From the NCBI RefSeq assembly GCF_009914755.1, contig NC_060941.1: a DNA stretch of 64,000 nucleotides. One strand, given 5' to 3'. The position numbers and the translations under genes were made by a program. This DNA is from the human T2T-CHM13v2.0 reference genome, Homo sapiens. Shown piece after piece: positions 42,760 to 62,988 of the stretch. A model generated the notes under the pieces. The model was not told where the DNA came from, made no database searches, and was given only the letters and a program-made list of their open reading frames with translations. The stretch's first letter is position 1, and every line of letters begins with the position of its first letter.

Positions 42760-42946
42760 CTGCCATAAGGGTTAAAAAATGAAAAGCAAAACCATTTTGA
42801 GAAACCAGAGGTGATAGAGGCCTGTGAAAAGCTGTATTAGTGCAACTCTTAAACCTATGGCAGCTTCTACTTCTCTAAACCACCAGTTCTCAAAAATTTT
42901 CGCTGCCTCAATGCACCTAAAAGATACGATCTAGTCCTATCAGTAA

Positions 42947-46300
<3,354 letters not shown>

Positions 46301-46461
46301 ATTAAATCTTACCTTTTTTGGTCTTCAATTCCCCGTTCTAATGCCACAAGTGTTGGGATTACAGGTGTGAACCACTGCACCACTGCACCCACCCTAATAC
46401 CCTTTTTATAAAGCTGCCAACTTCTATTCAAAACCTGCTATGGAACAAATACTCATGGCAA

Positions 46462-46547
46462 AAAAGCCTCAGTATCACACAGAAGTTGCATCACTGGGAT
46501 GCTTCAGACAGGTTCAGACATTTTGAATAAAAACATCATTGGCTCTT
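46462..46547 (-). ncRNA. SNORD91B: Box C/D snoRNA SNORD91B (HBII-296B) in TSR1 intron 11
   Basis: Paralog of 47617-47706: C box ATGATG 46539-46534, D box CTGA 46472-46469, stem AAGAGCC/GGCTTTT, shared core GTCTGAACCTGTCTGAAGCATC. Confidence 0.9.
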
Positions 46548-46679
46548 AAGCCAGAGTACTGAAAATACCTCTAACCCAGAGATGTAAGATTTTGAAACCA
46601 TATATTTTGGCACCCCTCCACCACAAGTCACTTTCCCAAAAGACAAGATGGACAAGAACCCAGCTTCCCCATTGCTAAC

Positions 46680-46812
46680 CTGCAGTGTGCTGAGAGAATA
46701 AAGGTGAGGCTCGGAAGCGCCTGAATCCACAGTGAAATATGAGCTCTTCCTTGGCTTTCACAGGTTCAGTGTTGCCAGGGTCACGCCTCACCACCATATT
46801 CAATACTGACAT
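46680..46812 (-). CDS. TSR1: TSR1 exon 11 (MSVLNMVV...CGFRRFRASPLFSQHTA)
   Basis: 133 nt, ccccag| and |gttagc. Confidence 0.96.
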
Positions 46813-47257
46813 CTGGGGACCAAGTAAGAAAAACAAAAATCTTCATAGTCTAGGAATACAATTGCCTAAACTGAAAGAAGGCAAACCAAACTAGCAGATT
46901 CAGACTCATTCTAAGAACTGACAATGCTAATTAATGGTGGAGTGTAGATGCTGAAACACGGGTTCATCCTTTACCTCCACCAATGACTGGCATTTAAGCC
47001 AAACACAGGCTGATCAGAGCTTTCATGCACCCTTCAATGCTAACCTACCTTCCTGCACCTAACAGAAAAGAGCTCAACATCTGCCACACAAAAATCAGTG
47101 GCCTTCAAGGCATTCACTCACCACAATCTCAAAACCACACTCATTCAAGCCCCTTCTTCTTGAGCCCTTACCAAAACCGATCAAAGAACTATCACATACC
47201 CCACAACATACACAACTACTGGCCACCAAGAGAAAAGAGATCTGCACTTTGGCATAA

Positions 47258-47538
<281 letters not shown>

Positions 47539-47616
47539 TGAGCCGCCGCGCCCAGCCAAACCTTTATTTTTAAGGCTGCCAACCCTTATTCAAAATCTGG
47601 TCTGAAAAACATACTT

Positions 47617-47706
47617 GGAGAAGTCTCAGAACCACACAGAGATTGCATCACTGAGATGCTTCAGACAGGTTCAGACGATATGAATAAAACCATCATTGAC
47701 TTCTCT
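47617..47706 (-). ncRNA. SNORD91A: Box C/D snoRNA SNORD91A (HBII-296A) in TSR1 intron 10
   Basis: C box ATGATG(G) 47696-47690, D box CTGA 47629-47626, terminal stem GAGAAGTC/GACTTCTC; internal AACCTGTCT complementary to 28S rRNA AGACAGGUU. Confidence 0.9.
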
Positions 47707-47851
47707 ATTATTCTCCAATTCCTAATCATAAAGGCAGACTTTTTGCATCCCAATGAGCAAAATTTTAGTCACACATAAACAGAATTTTAGACTGTCAGAA
47801 GCAGCTGGAAAGTTTCACAACCCCCCATTTTCCCACAAGACAGCAATTTAC

Positions 47852-47962
47852 CTTCTGTTCATGAGGTAGTAAAGAAAATGCAATCAAGGGTGTTCCTTGC
47901 CTGAAGCACTCGACCACTGAGACGGGGACTTCAGAGACATGAAGTGTGACATACCAGCCAAC
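47852..47962 (-). CDS. TSR1: TSR1 exon 10 (VGWYVTLHV...LLPHEQK)
   Basis: 111 nt; ORF 47795..47986. Confidence 0.96.
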
Positions 47963-48283
47963 CTGCCACAAGAAAGCAGAAAGCAATCATGGAGTTACCT
48001 TTCAAAGTCCCAATAGCGAGGAAGCTTTCTCCAAATATGTTGAGTCTCTCAGATAAAATTTTTAAAGCCAACCCTCATCCTTCAAGATGCTTCATTTACC
48101 CAGATCACACTTTTTCATTTAACATAGCTGATACCTCTTTGTTCCCAGTATCATTCTAATCAATGACTCAGGGGCTCCCCTAATCCCCAAATGCAGCATA
48201 TTTTCATGCCAAGAGAAGGAATAAAGTAGGGAGCATGTTGACAAATGAAAGCAACATACAAGATGAACAAGGAGGATAGATAC

Positions 48284-48446
48284 CTCAGCTCCTTCAACCT
48301 CTTTTTCTTCAACCTCTTTAAAGATGCTTTTCCTAGTGTTAGTAAAGTTCTGAAACTGAAATATTCGAGCATAATCTTGAGGAAGGTTTTCCTTAGGATC
48401 CCATGGAGATGTCCGGAAGCTCTTAAGGCCTCTGTATTTCTGAAAT
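48284..48446 (-). CDS. TSR1: TSR1 exon 9 (FQKYRGLKSFRTSPWDPKENLP...)
   Basis: 163 nt, ttctag| and |gtatct. Confidence 0.96.
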
Positions 48447-48674
48447 CTAGAATATTGAAGATTTTTAAAGACATTAAGTCAGATTTATATGGTGCTATAT
48501 AGACTCAAGTCACTGCTAAAATGGCTAAGGAGCTAGCTGAAAAGAACTCCAATCATCCTCTCTCCAAACAACCCAACAGCTTAAACCAAGACGACACTCC
48601 GAACAGCTTATAACAAGTTCTATCGGAACCAAACCCAAGCTTCTCACTGACAAAAAAGATGCTTGGTAATGGCC

Positions 48675-49083
48675 TGATACAGTTCAGATGTGTCTCCCTG
48701 CCCCAATCTCATACTGAAATACAATCCCCAGTGTTGGAGGTGGAGCCTGGTGGGAGGTGACTGCATTAGGGGAGAGGTTTTCTCATGAGTGGGTTAGCAC
48801 CACCCTCCTTGTTGAGTGAGTTCTCATGAGATCTAGTTGTTTAAAGTGTGTAGCACCTCCTGCCTTGCTCTCGTTACTGCGCTGGCCGTGTGACATGACT
48901 TGCTCCCCCTCCACCTTCTGCCATGATTGTAAGTTTCTTGAGGACACCCCCAGAAGCTGAGCAGATGCCAACACCATGCTTCCTGTACAGTCTGCAGGAC
49001 CATGACCCAATTAAATCTCTTTTCTTTATAAATTATGCAGTCTCTGGTACTTCTTTATAGCCATGCGAGAATGGCCTAATACA
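48675..49083 (+). mobile_element. Solo MST-type MaLR LTR in TSR1 intron 8
   Basis: TG...CA termini (tgatacag...ctaataca), aattaaatctcttttctttataaatta motif, degenerate 5-bp TSD tggcc/tagcc. Confidence 0.88.
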
Positions 49084-49505
49084 TAGCCTTACCTCCTAAT
49101 ATCCAAAATTAATTCACTGGCTTTAGTCACTCACCTCCAGAACAGATATAATCATCTACTTCTTCACTCTTCTACTTCTGCTATTCTACCCAAACCCCCT
49201 AAAATTTCCAAACATTATATACTTCAATTGAGTACTGGCTCCTTTGGGAAGAAGTATTTGCTAATTAACCTTAGTATTTCCCCTTCATTCAAGTCCTGTA
49301 ACGTGAGTCTGCACCACAGTCTAGAACTTAATTACATATGACCATTTCCCGTATGTATGTCCTGCCTTCCCATATTAAATGTTAGCTCTTCAGGAGCAGA
49401 AAAAATGTGTTTTTCTTCTTTTGCATCACAGTGACACAGCTCTGAGCCAAGTTTTTAAAAACGTATTGACTGAATTTAGATTTGTTGATAGACTTGTTGA
49501 CTAAC

Positions 49506-49696
49506 CGAATTCGAGCAGCCACATCACGGGGCGTGTCCACTTCATCTGGAAACATCTCTTCCAGTCTTTCTTGTTTATATTTCTCCAACATTTTTGCCTC
49601 AGCTTCTTCATCTACTTTCTTATCATACAGATCATCATGCACAGACTCCCCAATAGTCATAGTTTCATATTCTTCCTCTTCTTCACTACTCTCATC
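49506..49696 (-). CDS. TSR1: TSR1 exon 8 (DESSEEEEEY...FPDEVDTPRDVAARI)
   Basis: 191 nt; ORF 49382..49660; |gttagt donor. Confidence 0.96.
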
Positions 49697-49875
49697 CTGT
49701 AGAATAGGATTACAGTTTTTTCAGAAGAAATCCACACCTGTCTCTACCCCAAAGGCCAATAAGCTAAGAGTAAAATAATTGTACTAGATCCCTATTCCCA
49801 ACCAACATAAATTCTAATACAGTCTAAAGTATAAAACAAAAGCCTCATTCCTGGCAACTACAGAGTCATTCCTAA

Positions 49876-50224
<349 letters not shown>

Positions 50225-50297
50225 TCAAGATCACACCTGCACTTTGCCTTACATTTGGAGCTAGACACAGAATTGGCCTAAGGCCTCATTTCCTTAC

Positions 50298-50461
50298 CTG
50301 AGATTCCTCCTCCATAAAATCCTCATGTTCCATATCATCATATTCATATTCATCTCCTTCCCCACCACTTTGGCTGCCACCATCCAAAATCCATTCAGCT
50401 TGGTAACTGGATGTTCCTTTGGGGACCTTCTTTACCACCTTAGAACTTTCCTTCAAGAAAT
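50298..50461 (-). CDS. TSR1: TSR1 exon 7 (FLKESSK...VPKGTSSYQAEWI...EEESQ)
   Basis: 164 nt, ttacag| and |gtaagg. Confidence 0.96.
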
Positions 50462-50893
50462 CTGTAAAAGCCCAAACAAATTAAGTAAATTACAGACTTC
50501 TTTTCCCTATCCCTCTGGTTATTCTCACCTAGGCAAGGCACCAGATACTGCTGCCAACATGGGAAATTCTGGCAGACACTGTAAATAGAACTACTTCCAA
50601 ATTTAATTCAGCTGCCTCACAACTAGCAATACTTACACAGCTAAATAAGCCCTGCAATGAATCCAAAGTTGTTTATCTGTTCATGATAAAACATTAACAC
50701 AAGTAATTTTGAGAAATGGAACAAGACTGTGTATAATGTTTGTTTATTGAAAACATACAGCATTTGAGGGTGAGGAGAGACTTTCAACTATACCCCCACC
50801 CCACTCTATCCTATAGGGCCCTCACTTGGAACAGCTACAGAAAATCCACAATTCCAGGTCAGATGAATTACAGACAAGTTTACCAATACTGAC

Positions 50894-51053
50894 CCTTTGC
50901 CTCGCTCAGCTCCTCCTCAGTGGGCCAGGTTTGCTCTCCCTCCATTGGATCTGGGATAACCTCTGCTTGCAAGGATTCCTGTCTACCAGGGTCTGCCTTC
51001 ATTAGGACTTTAAGACCTTCTTCCATATCATCTACAGCATCCGTAGCACAAAT
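50894..51053 (-). CDS. TSR1: TSR1 exon 6 (ICATDAV...EQTWPTEEELSEAK)
   Basis: 160 nt, tttcag| and |gtcagt. Confidence 0.96.
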
Positions 51054-51808
51054 CTGAAAACCAAAAGCAGGTGATAGTCAACCATGAACCAAAAATCTCC
51101 TAAATCTAACACAGTAACCAGAAAGACCCAGAAATATCAGTCCTCATGTATAAGATGAGTGCGACAGAATGCTAAAACTTGTCAAAACTTTTCCAATGGC
51201 TGTTTTCTAATTTCCAGGGTATTTTAAGTCTCTGCTTGGCTCTTGAGGTCTTTCTTAATCTGCTCCCACTCCTATCCATTTATTACGTACCTCACTCCCA
51301 TCAAGCTGATTTCTTCAAGGTTCACATAAACCCTTTGATCCACCACTGTGCCTAGGTTCATTCTGTCTCTTATCTTCTAGGATATTCTTTTATCCCTCTT
51401 CAACTCATAAATCACATTTATCCTTCTCAACACCTAGCTCAAGTCTGATCTCTTATGTGAAGCTTGCTAGTCTACTTTCTCAACTTCCACTGCTGGTCCG
51501 CACCCTAACCATATGCTATCTCAATCTTTATTTCACACATGCCATTTTGTTCCAGCCCAATTAAGTCCCTTGAGGAAAGCAACCACATCTTGAGTGTGTT
51601 CTATAAACTCAGAGCCAATCACAGTGCAGACTACCTAGAAAGTGCTGGATAAATATGTGATTTATCAACCTATTTATAACTGACTATTGCCTTACTTCAG
51701 ACTAGCAGTCTCCTCATTCACCTAAGTGTACAGACTATCTTCTCTGAATTTAAGTTTCCTTCCTGTGCCAACTTTCATATGAACATGAATTAAGAATATC
51801 AGTCTTAC

Positions 51809-52233
51809 CTCCATTGCCATGTCTGGGTCCTTTTGGGGTTTAATTCCTCTAGGATTTAAAGGGAAAGGGTCTCCGGGGGCATCTATCTGTTTCATCTGGA
51901 AATCACCATATCCAACGATATGCAGCAACCTATTGACATTCAGAGTCTGCCCTCGAACATAGCCTGAAATTTTCAAGGTGCCCACCAAGTTATTCTCTTC
52001 ACTAGGAACAAAATCAACAGCATGGGCAAATAGGTAGGCCCGCCGATCTCGAAAAGCAAGATGCTGTTGCTTCTGGTTAGCCAACTGCCTAAGCAGCATC
52101 CCTGCCTCCTGTTGAGTGTCTAACAAGAGGAGTTTGTCATGCGGAAAGCGCTTCTCCACTGCTTTACTTAGCTTCTTCCTGGTATCTATTTGTTTCTTCA
52201 GTGGGAGGCCAGAAATCCCCTGGACAGCTAGTG
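51809..52233 (-). CDS. TSR1: TSR1 exon 5 (LAVQGISG...KDPDMAME)
   Basis: 425 nt; ORF 51722..52159. Confidence 0.96.
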
Positions 52234-52596
52234 CTGTAAGCGAAAGAGAAAACGCTTCATGACCTACTGCTTCATTACATAAAAATCCCTCTGCAGTTCA
52301 CAAACAACCTAATAGCTCAGTTGCAAGCCCAGAGATCACTGGGAAGCCCAACACTGAACTACCCTGAAGGAATTTCACAGTGAAATCAAACTTCATATCC
52401 TTGTTTCTCTGGGCAAAGGACAGCCAAAAACAAAAAGACACCCTGAGTGATAATCTGTAAACAATGGATCAAGTTTAATCCATATGTGTACATCCCACCA
52501 CCAGCTGAATATGATCCATCAGTTGTATTCCTGTATCAAATACCAGGCATAGTGCCTGACAAATTAAAGGTGCACAATAAATGCTAACTCACTTAC

Positions 52597-52731
52597 TATA
52601 GGTCGGAAGGCCCTGAGCAAAGAGGCAGGAAAGACAGTAATCACCGGTGCTGTCCCAGCCTTCTAGTGGATCAAGGAGGAACAGGATGGTATCAGCTACT
52701 TTAGCCATGTCTAACACAACGTGCAGATCCC
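52597..52731 (-). CDS. TSR1: TSR1 exon 4 (DLHVVLDMAKVADTILFLLD...AQGLPTY)
   Basis: 135 nt, ctgcag| and |gtaagt; Bms1-type G-domain motif LDMAKVAD. Confidence 0.96.
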
Positions 52732-52847
52732 CTGCAGATAGAAGACACAGTAAGAAGAGGTGGTTGGCACCAGCACATTATTCTAAAAAAAAAAAAAAAA
52801 AATACCACTACTCAAACATAATACAAAATATTGGTGTATACTCTAAC

Positions 52848-53067
52848 CTGGCCTTGCTGAGGTGAAAAACCACCGATGTTTCAAGCGGGGGCACAGCAGC
52901 ATAAAGTTCTGGGTGTTTCCCAATTCATTCAAGTGTACTGTTCCAGTGTCCCTATCTTGAAGCAGCTGCATGGCCTCTGGCAGGGAAATTCTGCTGTGCA
53001 GGGGCACCACCAGTACCTGATGAGGAGGGCCATCCTTGCCACCCAGCTGTCTCTTCTCTGCCAGAAC
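52848..53067 (-). CDS. TSR1: TSR1 exon 3 (VLAEKRQLGG...RWFFTSARP)
   Basis: 220 nt, tttcag| and |gttaga. Confidence 0.95.
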
Positions 53068-53373
53068 CTGAAAATAGAAAGATATCCGAGAACATCTCAG
53101 TGTCTCAGTACTTCACTCCAGCATTGCATTTCCACTCCCACAGATGCTCCCCCTACCCAAAACCAGCATCTCTCTAGTAAAAGACCACAGGTATGCCAGC
53201 GGGGTGGCAGGAATTCTGACCAAAGCAAAGAATGCTAGACCTGCACGCTCGACACGTGCTCTAGGGCTATGCTCTGTCCCTGGACCCTCCTCCCGGTCTC
53301 ATTTTCCACTTCGAGGCATTAGCCACCTAGAACACCAGAGAAGCCGCATTCTCCCAAATCCCGCTCCTCTCAC

Positions 53374-53477
53374 CGCCTCCTTCTTCTGCTTTCGGAGCTG
53401 GCTGGCGCGATGCCTCTGGTCGACTCTGCTGAGTTCTTTTCTCACCTTCTTGCTTAGGGTTTTCAGTGCCAGACGGC
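53374..53477 (-). CDS. TSR1: TSR1 exon 2 (RLALKTLSKK...RKQKKEA)
   Basis: 104 nt; ORF 53299..53550. Confidence 0.96.
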
Positions 53478-53667
53478 CTGAATGGCAGATTAGAAGGGGC
53501 TGGTGTGATCGGCCCCACAAGGTCAAGAAAAGGGACTCCTCTCCGCCCACCTTAGAAAGGGCCTTTCGCGTGGAGCCCAGACGGGAGACAGAAGCTCAGT
53601 CTGGGCATGAGGAAAAAGAGTTAATAACGGCCAAATAGCCCTTATTCCTTCTACGTTATCTCCTTAC

Positions 53668-53764
53668 CCTTGCCGTCCCGCTGTGCAGATCCCCGACCCC
53701 GATGCCGTCCGCCTTTATGAGCTTTATTCTGCTGCTTGAGCGGGCCGGGGCGGTGGGCCGCCAT
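53668..53764 (-). CDS. TSR1: TSR1 exon 1 CDS (MAAHRPGPLKQQNKAHK...), pre-40S ribosome maturation factor
   Basis: GGCATGG start at 53764, 97 nt to a |gtaagg donor. Confidence 0.96.
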
Positions 53765-54885
53765 GCCGCAGCGCGCGTGTACGGAGTCAGCACTGCTTCC
53801 GGGCCAGGACAAGCGCTTCCGGTCCCCTCCAAGGGGGCGGGCCCTCCAGGGAGCGGGACTCCCTGCGCCCTCTCGCGAAGGTCTTTTCCAGCAGCTCGTG
53901 AGAGCGCCGTGTTAGCGGGTTCGCCAAGCCGCGCTGGGAACTTTTCCCACTTCGCAGTGTGTGGTTGGGGGCTTGAAGGCGCCGGATGTAGACTGTCGAG
54001 GCTCGGGCTGTTGGTCTAGCAGGGCTGTTTGTACCCCTTGCATTGTCATTTTTTTGCGCTATAAAGCTGCATCACGTAGAAGCATGTTGACTGGAAGGCT
54101 CCATTCGTGCCGAAAAGGCCTAAGCCCTTCCTGTCACCTAGATTCGGGCACGTTGCTCTTCCGTTTGCAACGGCATGTTCTTTATCACTCTGAGCAACCT
54201 TTCTTCTCCCTCGATTCCCTAGCGAGGCTTGGGAATCGCGTGGAAGACACTTCTCTCACCTTGCCCGGTTCCGTACCAGCTCAAGCCCGTCCCTGTTACT
54301 CCAACCTGCGCCCCGCCTCCCACGGAGCGGCCGGGAAGGACCTTGTGGGACGTGGCGACCCGGCAAGGGGGACTGGCCGCGACCCTCCGGCCGTCGGGCT
54401 CGGGCGGCTGCGCTCCCACTAATCTTCCCAGAAACTTGACAACTGCACGGCGACGGCCGGACGGGGATTCAGAGGGGTCACGGGGCCAGGCTGCACCGGC
54501 TTCGCCGTGGGCAGGCTCGGACCGCAGGGGACCCCATGCCCGAGCCCCGGCCCTTTCCGTCCCGTCGGGAGAGGGAGCAGGCAGAAGTCAGGGGAGCTTC
54601 AGCGGGACCGAGGCTCGCTCTCAGCCGCGGGGCCGCGGGCTCCAGGGCCAGCGCTCACAATGCGGCTTCGCGCCCTCCATGCGGGAGCGGGTGCGTTGCC
54701 ATGACAGCGACCCCCGTGGCGCGCGCCCGGGTCTGCCGCCCCTAGGCGCGCACGGCCTCTCCCCGCCCCGATCCCCCGTCGCTGTGCGCAACCCCCCTCC
54801 GGCTGTGGGAAGGGGCCGGGCCTGCCGCCTGACGTCTGTGCGGGGCTCGGAAGATGGCTGCGGAGCCGAGCACCGGGCAGTGGCT

Positions 54886-54907
54886 GCGGCGGCGGCGGCG
54901 GCGGCGG
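54886..54907 (+). repeat. (GCG/CGG)7 trinucleotide repeat upstream of the SGSM2 ATG
   Basis: Read directly. Confidence 0.95.
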
Positions 54908-55025
54908 GCCGGGAGCGCGGCGGGCGGGGGCTCCGCCTTGCGCGTGGGGCGCTGAGCCGAGAGGCGCGGAGGCGGCGAGGGCGCGGGGGCTCTGAGGACC
55001 GCTCGGCGCCGCCTCCTGCCACACC

Positions 55026-55082
55026 ATGGGCAGCGCAGAGGACGCAGTCAAAGAGAAACTGCTGTGGAACGTGAAGAAGGAG
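55026..55082 (+). CDS. SGSM2: SGSM2 exon 1 CDS (MGSAEDAVKEKLLWNVKKE), RUN and TBC domain Rab-GAP
   Basis: ACCATGG Kozak, 57 nt to a |gtaaag donor. Confidence 0.95.
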
Positions 55083-56127
55083 GTAAAGTCGAGTCAAGAA
55101 CCCCGGGGGGCTCGCGCCCTGGCCCGCGCGGCCCAGGGGGCAGAAAGGTCCGCGCCCACCCCCCGGCGCGGGCACCCGGGCCGAACCTGGGCCGGGCGGG
55201 GCGGGTCCTGGACGGGCTGCGCCTCCTTCCCCTTTCTCGGATGGGGGAGGGCAGCGCCCCTCTGCCCGGGGGACCCGGCCGGCGCTCCCGGCTTGTTTGC
55301 TTCGCAGCCCCGCAGCTCCCCGCCCAGTGACGGCAGCGGCGCTGGGAGCCCAAGGCCGGGGGAGGGGTGGCGGCGATGGCGGGGATGGCTGGATCCGGAG
55401 CTGCCCATTCAGTGCCCGCGCCGCCAGGGGAGGGGGCGGGGCCCCGCGCGAGCTCCCGCGGCGCAGGTGGGTGTCGTGCGGGCCGAGCTTCCCCACGTCC
55501 TAAGTGGGTGTCGTGCGGGCTGAGCTCCCCCTTGTCCGACGTCCGCTGTGCCTCCAGCTACGGAGTGATCGCTGCCGGAGGGGTGCGCCGCACACCTCAG
55601 TTTCTCCCTCCACGCCCACCTCCTTAGCCAGGGACCAGGGGCTTGTTTGGAATGGTTTTTAACACTCGGAAGTTTTTCCCTTTTGAGGGAAGCCCCCCTA
55701 CTTCAGAAAGAGAAGTAGTCCTTCCCTCTACTAACTCCGTTTACCTTGACCCTGCCCAAAAGCCCATTTCCATTTCGGGTGGGGGGCAGTGACCATGTGA
55801 ATGACTCACTCCCATATGAGAGCTGGAGAGCTCCAACCCACAGCGCAGCTTAGAATACATTGGGCCTCCTTCCCCTGCCTGCCTCTGTGGCTGTTGTCTG
55901 CCTGGTAAGTAAACTCCACCAGGGCAGGAGACCCTCTGTTTTGTCCACTGCCTTGTATCCAGTGCCTGGCATACTGTAGGCACTCCGTGACTGTTTGGTA
56001 AATAAATGTGCTGATTTTGGAGACTTCGAGGCCTGGTGTTTGGAAAGCATACATTTTGGAATAGTCTGGACCTAATTCTGTGTGACCTTGAGTCTCTATG
56101 CCGTCTCCCTAATATATATATATATAA

Positions 56128-60381
<4,254 letters not shown>

Positions 60382-60881
60382 TCAGAGTTCTAGACCCTAG
60401 ATGGAAAGAAGGCTGGGCTTTTGAGCATGTAGAGGGTGTCCCTGAGGTATGAGACCTACCCCTAACCTTGGAGAATAGGGAGAAAAGGAGGAGGGGCAGG
60501 TTGTTTATCTGCAGGCTGTACCGAGATGGTTTGTCTCTAAAGGACAGTATATCTGCCCAGAAGCCCTTCGTGAGCTGAGAACAGATGAGCAAACAGCATC
60601 CTATTCCTGTTCTCCAAGGCAGGGCACTTCCACCTGGGCTGGAACATGCACTGATTGTTTGATGGGTTTTTGGCATCTCTTTCCCTGGTTTCCCCTCCAA
60701 AAGACTGGAATCAGACTGTGCTGAAGAAACTTTGCTTCCCCACACCTTTCATCCCTGTCATCTCTGCAAGTGTCTGAAAGTGCCCTTCAGACCAGAAGGG
60801 CGGAACCAAACTATTTATTTGCCCAGAGGTCTTTGATAAGGGAAAATAATAAAAGCAGTGATGCTGTCCATGTGTCCGCAG

Positions 60882-60957
60882 GTGAAGCAAATCATGGAGG
60901 AGGCTGTCACCAGGAAGTTTGTGCATGAAGACAGCAGCCACATCATTGCTTTATGTG
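60882..60957 (+). CDS. SGSM2: SGSM2 exon 2 ([25 protein letters not shown])
   Basis: 76 nt, ccgcag| and |gtgagt; in frame with exon 1. Confidence 0.95.
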
Positions 60958-61042
60958 GTGAGTGAGTGACTGAAGGATGATGGGAGGTCGGTCTAGAGCC
61001 GAGGACACTGGCCTGGGGCCAGGAAAAGATGAGTCCTCAGGT

Positions 61043-61305
61043 GCAGTAGCTCTCAAATCTGGCTGCAAGTCCAAATCAACCTGGAAGCTTTTGAAATCCT
61101 CTTTGGCCCCATTTGCAGACCTACTAAATCAGGTTCTTCAGGGGTCAAGAATCTGCGTATTTTTTGTTCCCCAGGATAGTAATTCTCACATTTTAGCATG
61201 TATCAGAGTCACCTGAAGGGCTTGGTAGAACACAGATTTCTGGGTCCCAACCCTGGAGTTTCTGATTCTAGTAGGTCTGGGGACCCCACTTTGAGAGCCG
61301 CTGCC
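61043..61305. mobile_element. MER5A-type hAT remnants
   Basis: cagtagctctcaaa..., cagacctactaaatcag, ccactttgagagccgctg. Confidence 0.7.
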
Positions 61306-62517
61306 CTAGGTCATTTGAGTTCAGGAACCAGTGCTCTGACTGATTTTGATTTTGACTTCAGGGAGGGGTTTGTGCTTTTCGGATGCTCTGTGCCACTTTC
61401 CCTTTGTTTCCCACCCGTGTTGCTCCATGATCCTAACCCCAAGCCCTTGACTGGATGCAAAGGAGCCTGAGCGTGGGCTAGGAGAGGTGGCTAAGGCTTC
61501 CAGCCTCAGAAGGGACTCTCTCATCACCTCCTTCTCAGTGTGGCCAAGCCTTCCAGCCCCAGAAAGGAGAGAGTCGCTTATAAACCATTTCCGCCTCCTC
61601 AGCCTGAAGACTTTTGCTTTGTAGGAGCAAGCCTATCCCTACGCACAGACTCTTCTTGGATTTCTAGGAATTTCAGCTTCCTCTCAACCCCCCATCTGAA
61701 GGGACAGGGAACCATTCACCTTCTCTGTGTTGTATTCCTTGGCCTCTGAGATTGGTGTTGGGGTTTGTGGAGGGAAAATAATGAAAGAACAGATAAGGGA
61801 AGGGATGCTTTGGACGGTAGTGTGGCACAGCAGATACAGCTGCCCTTCCCCTCATCCAGCAGCAGATCCCCACCAAGGGCTCACCAGGTGCCAGACACCG
61901 TTCACCGTGCAAGGAAATGGCAGTGACAAGATGGACAGAGTCTCTGCCGCAGGAGCTTACATTCTGTTGGGGAGACAGACAGGAAACAAATGCGCAAGTA
62001 AATATGTCATCCAATAACTTGGCATGTGATAAGAGCTAGGAAGAAAAAACATGTGGGAGGGCAGTCGGAGAGGCAGCCTCTGAGCAGAGTCTGAGTGACA
62101 GACTGGGGTTTGAATCCTGGCGTCCTGCCTTTTAAGTCGTCTTGGACAAGTTTCTTAACTTCTCTCACCCTCAGTTTGCTCCTCTAAAAACAGACTGATG
62201 ATTCCCACCTCAAGGAACTTTCGTGGGGATTGAGATGATGTGTGTAAATGTTCATTCGTTCGTAGCATTGTAAGCACTCAAAGAATATTCGTCTCTCCTC
62301 CTTTGGCTGTTGAGGCTGAAGGTAGGTTTGTAGGACTTGAGTTCATACCATGTCCGTTTGGGAAGGTTTCCCCAGTTCTTTGAGATGGTGGAATAATGAT
62401 TCCTAGGTTTACAAGACACAGCCTGACCTCAGTTTTTCTCAGCAGAACCTATGCTCTGGAAAAAAAAAAGGCATGCCAGTATTATGATAAGCAACTTTGA
62501 AGAGTATTAGAATTCTC

Positions 62518-62988
<471 letters not shown>

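Larger units (their letters stand above)
53560..55600. promoter_or_regulatory. CpG island with divergent TSR1 and SGSM2 promoters
   Basis: CpG-rich; tandem ETS/GABPA-type CTTCCGG near 53797 and 53817; TCTCGCGA at 53871; X-box-like site 54695-54708; TGACGTC at 54830; GC boxes. Confidence 0.88.

Noticed and set aside
53702-55627. Overlapping 100-290 aa Pro/Arg/Gly/Ala-rich ORFs on both strands
   Set aside because: Expected by chance in a CpG island; no recognisable domains beyond SGSM2 exon 1
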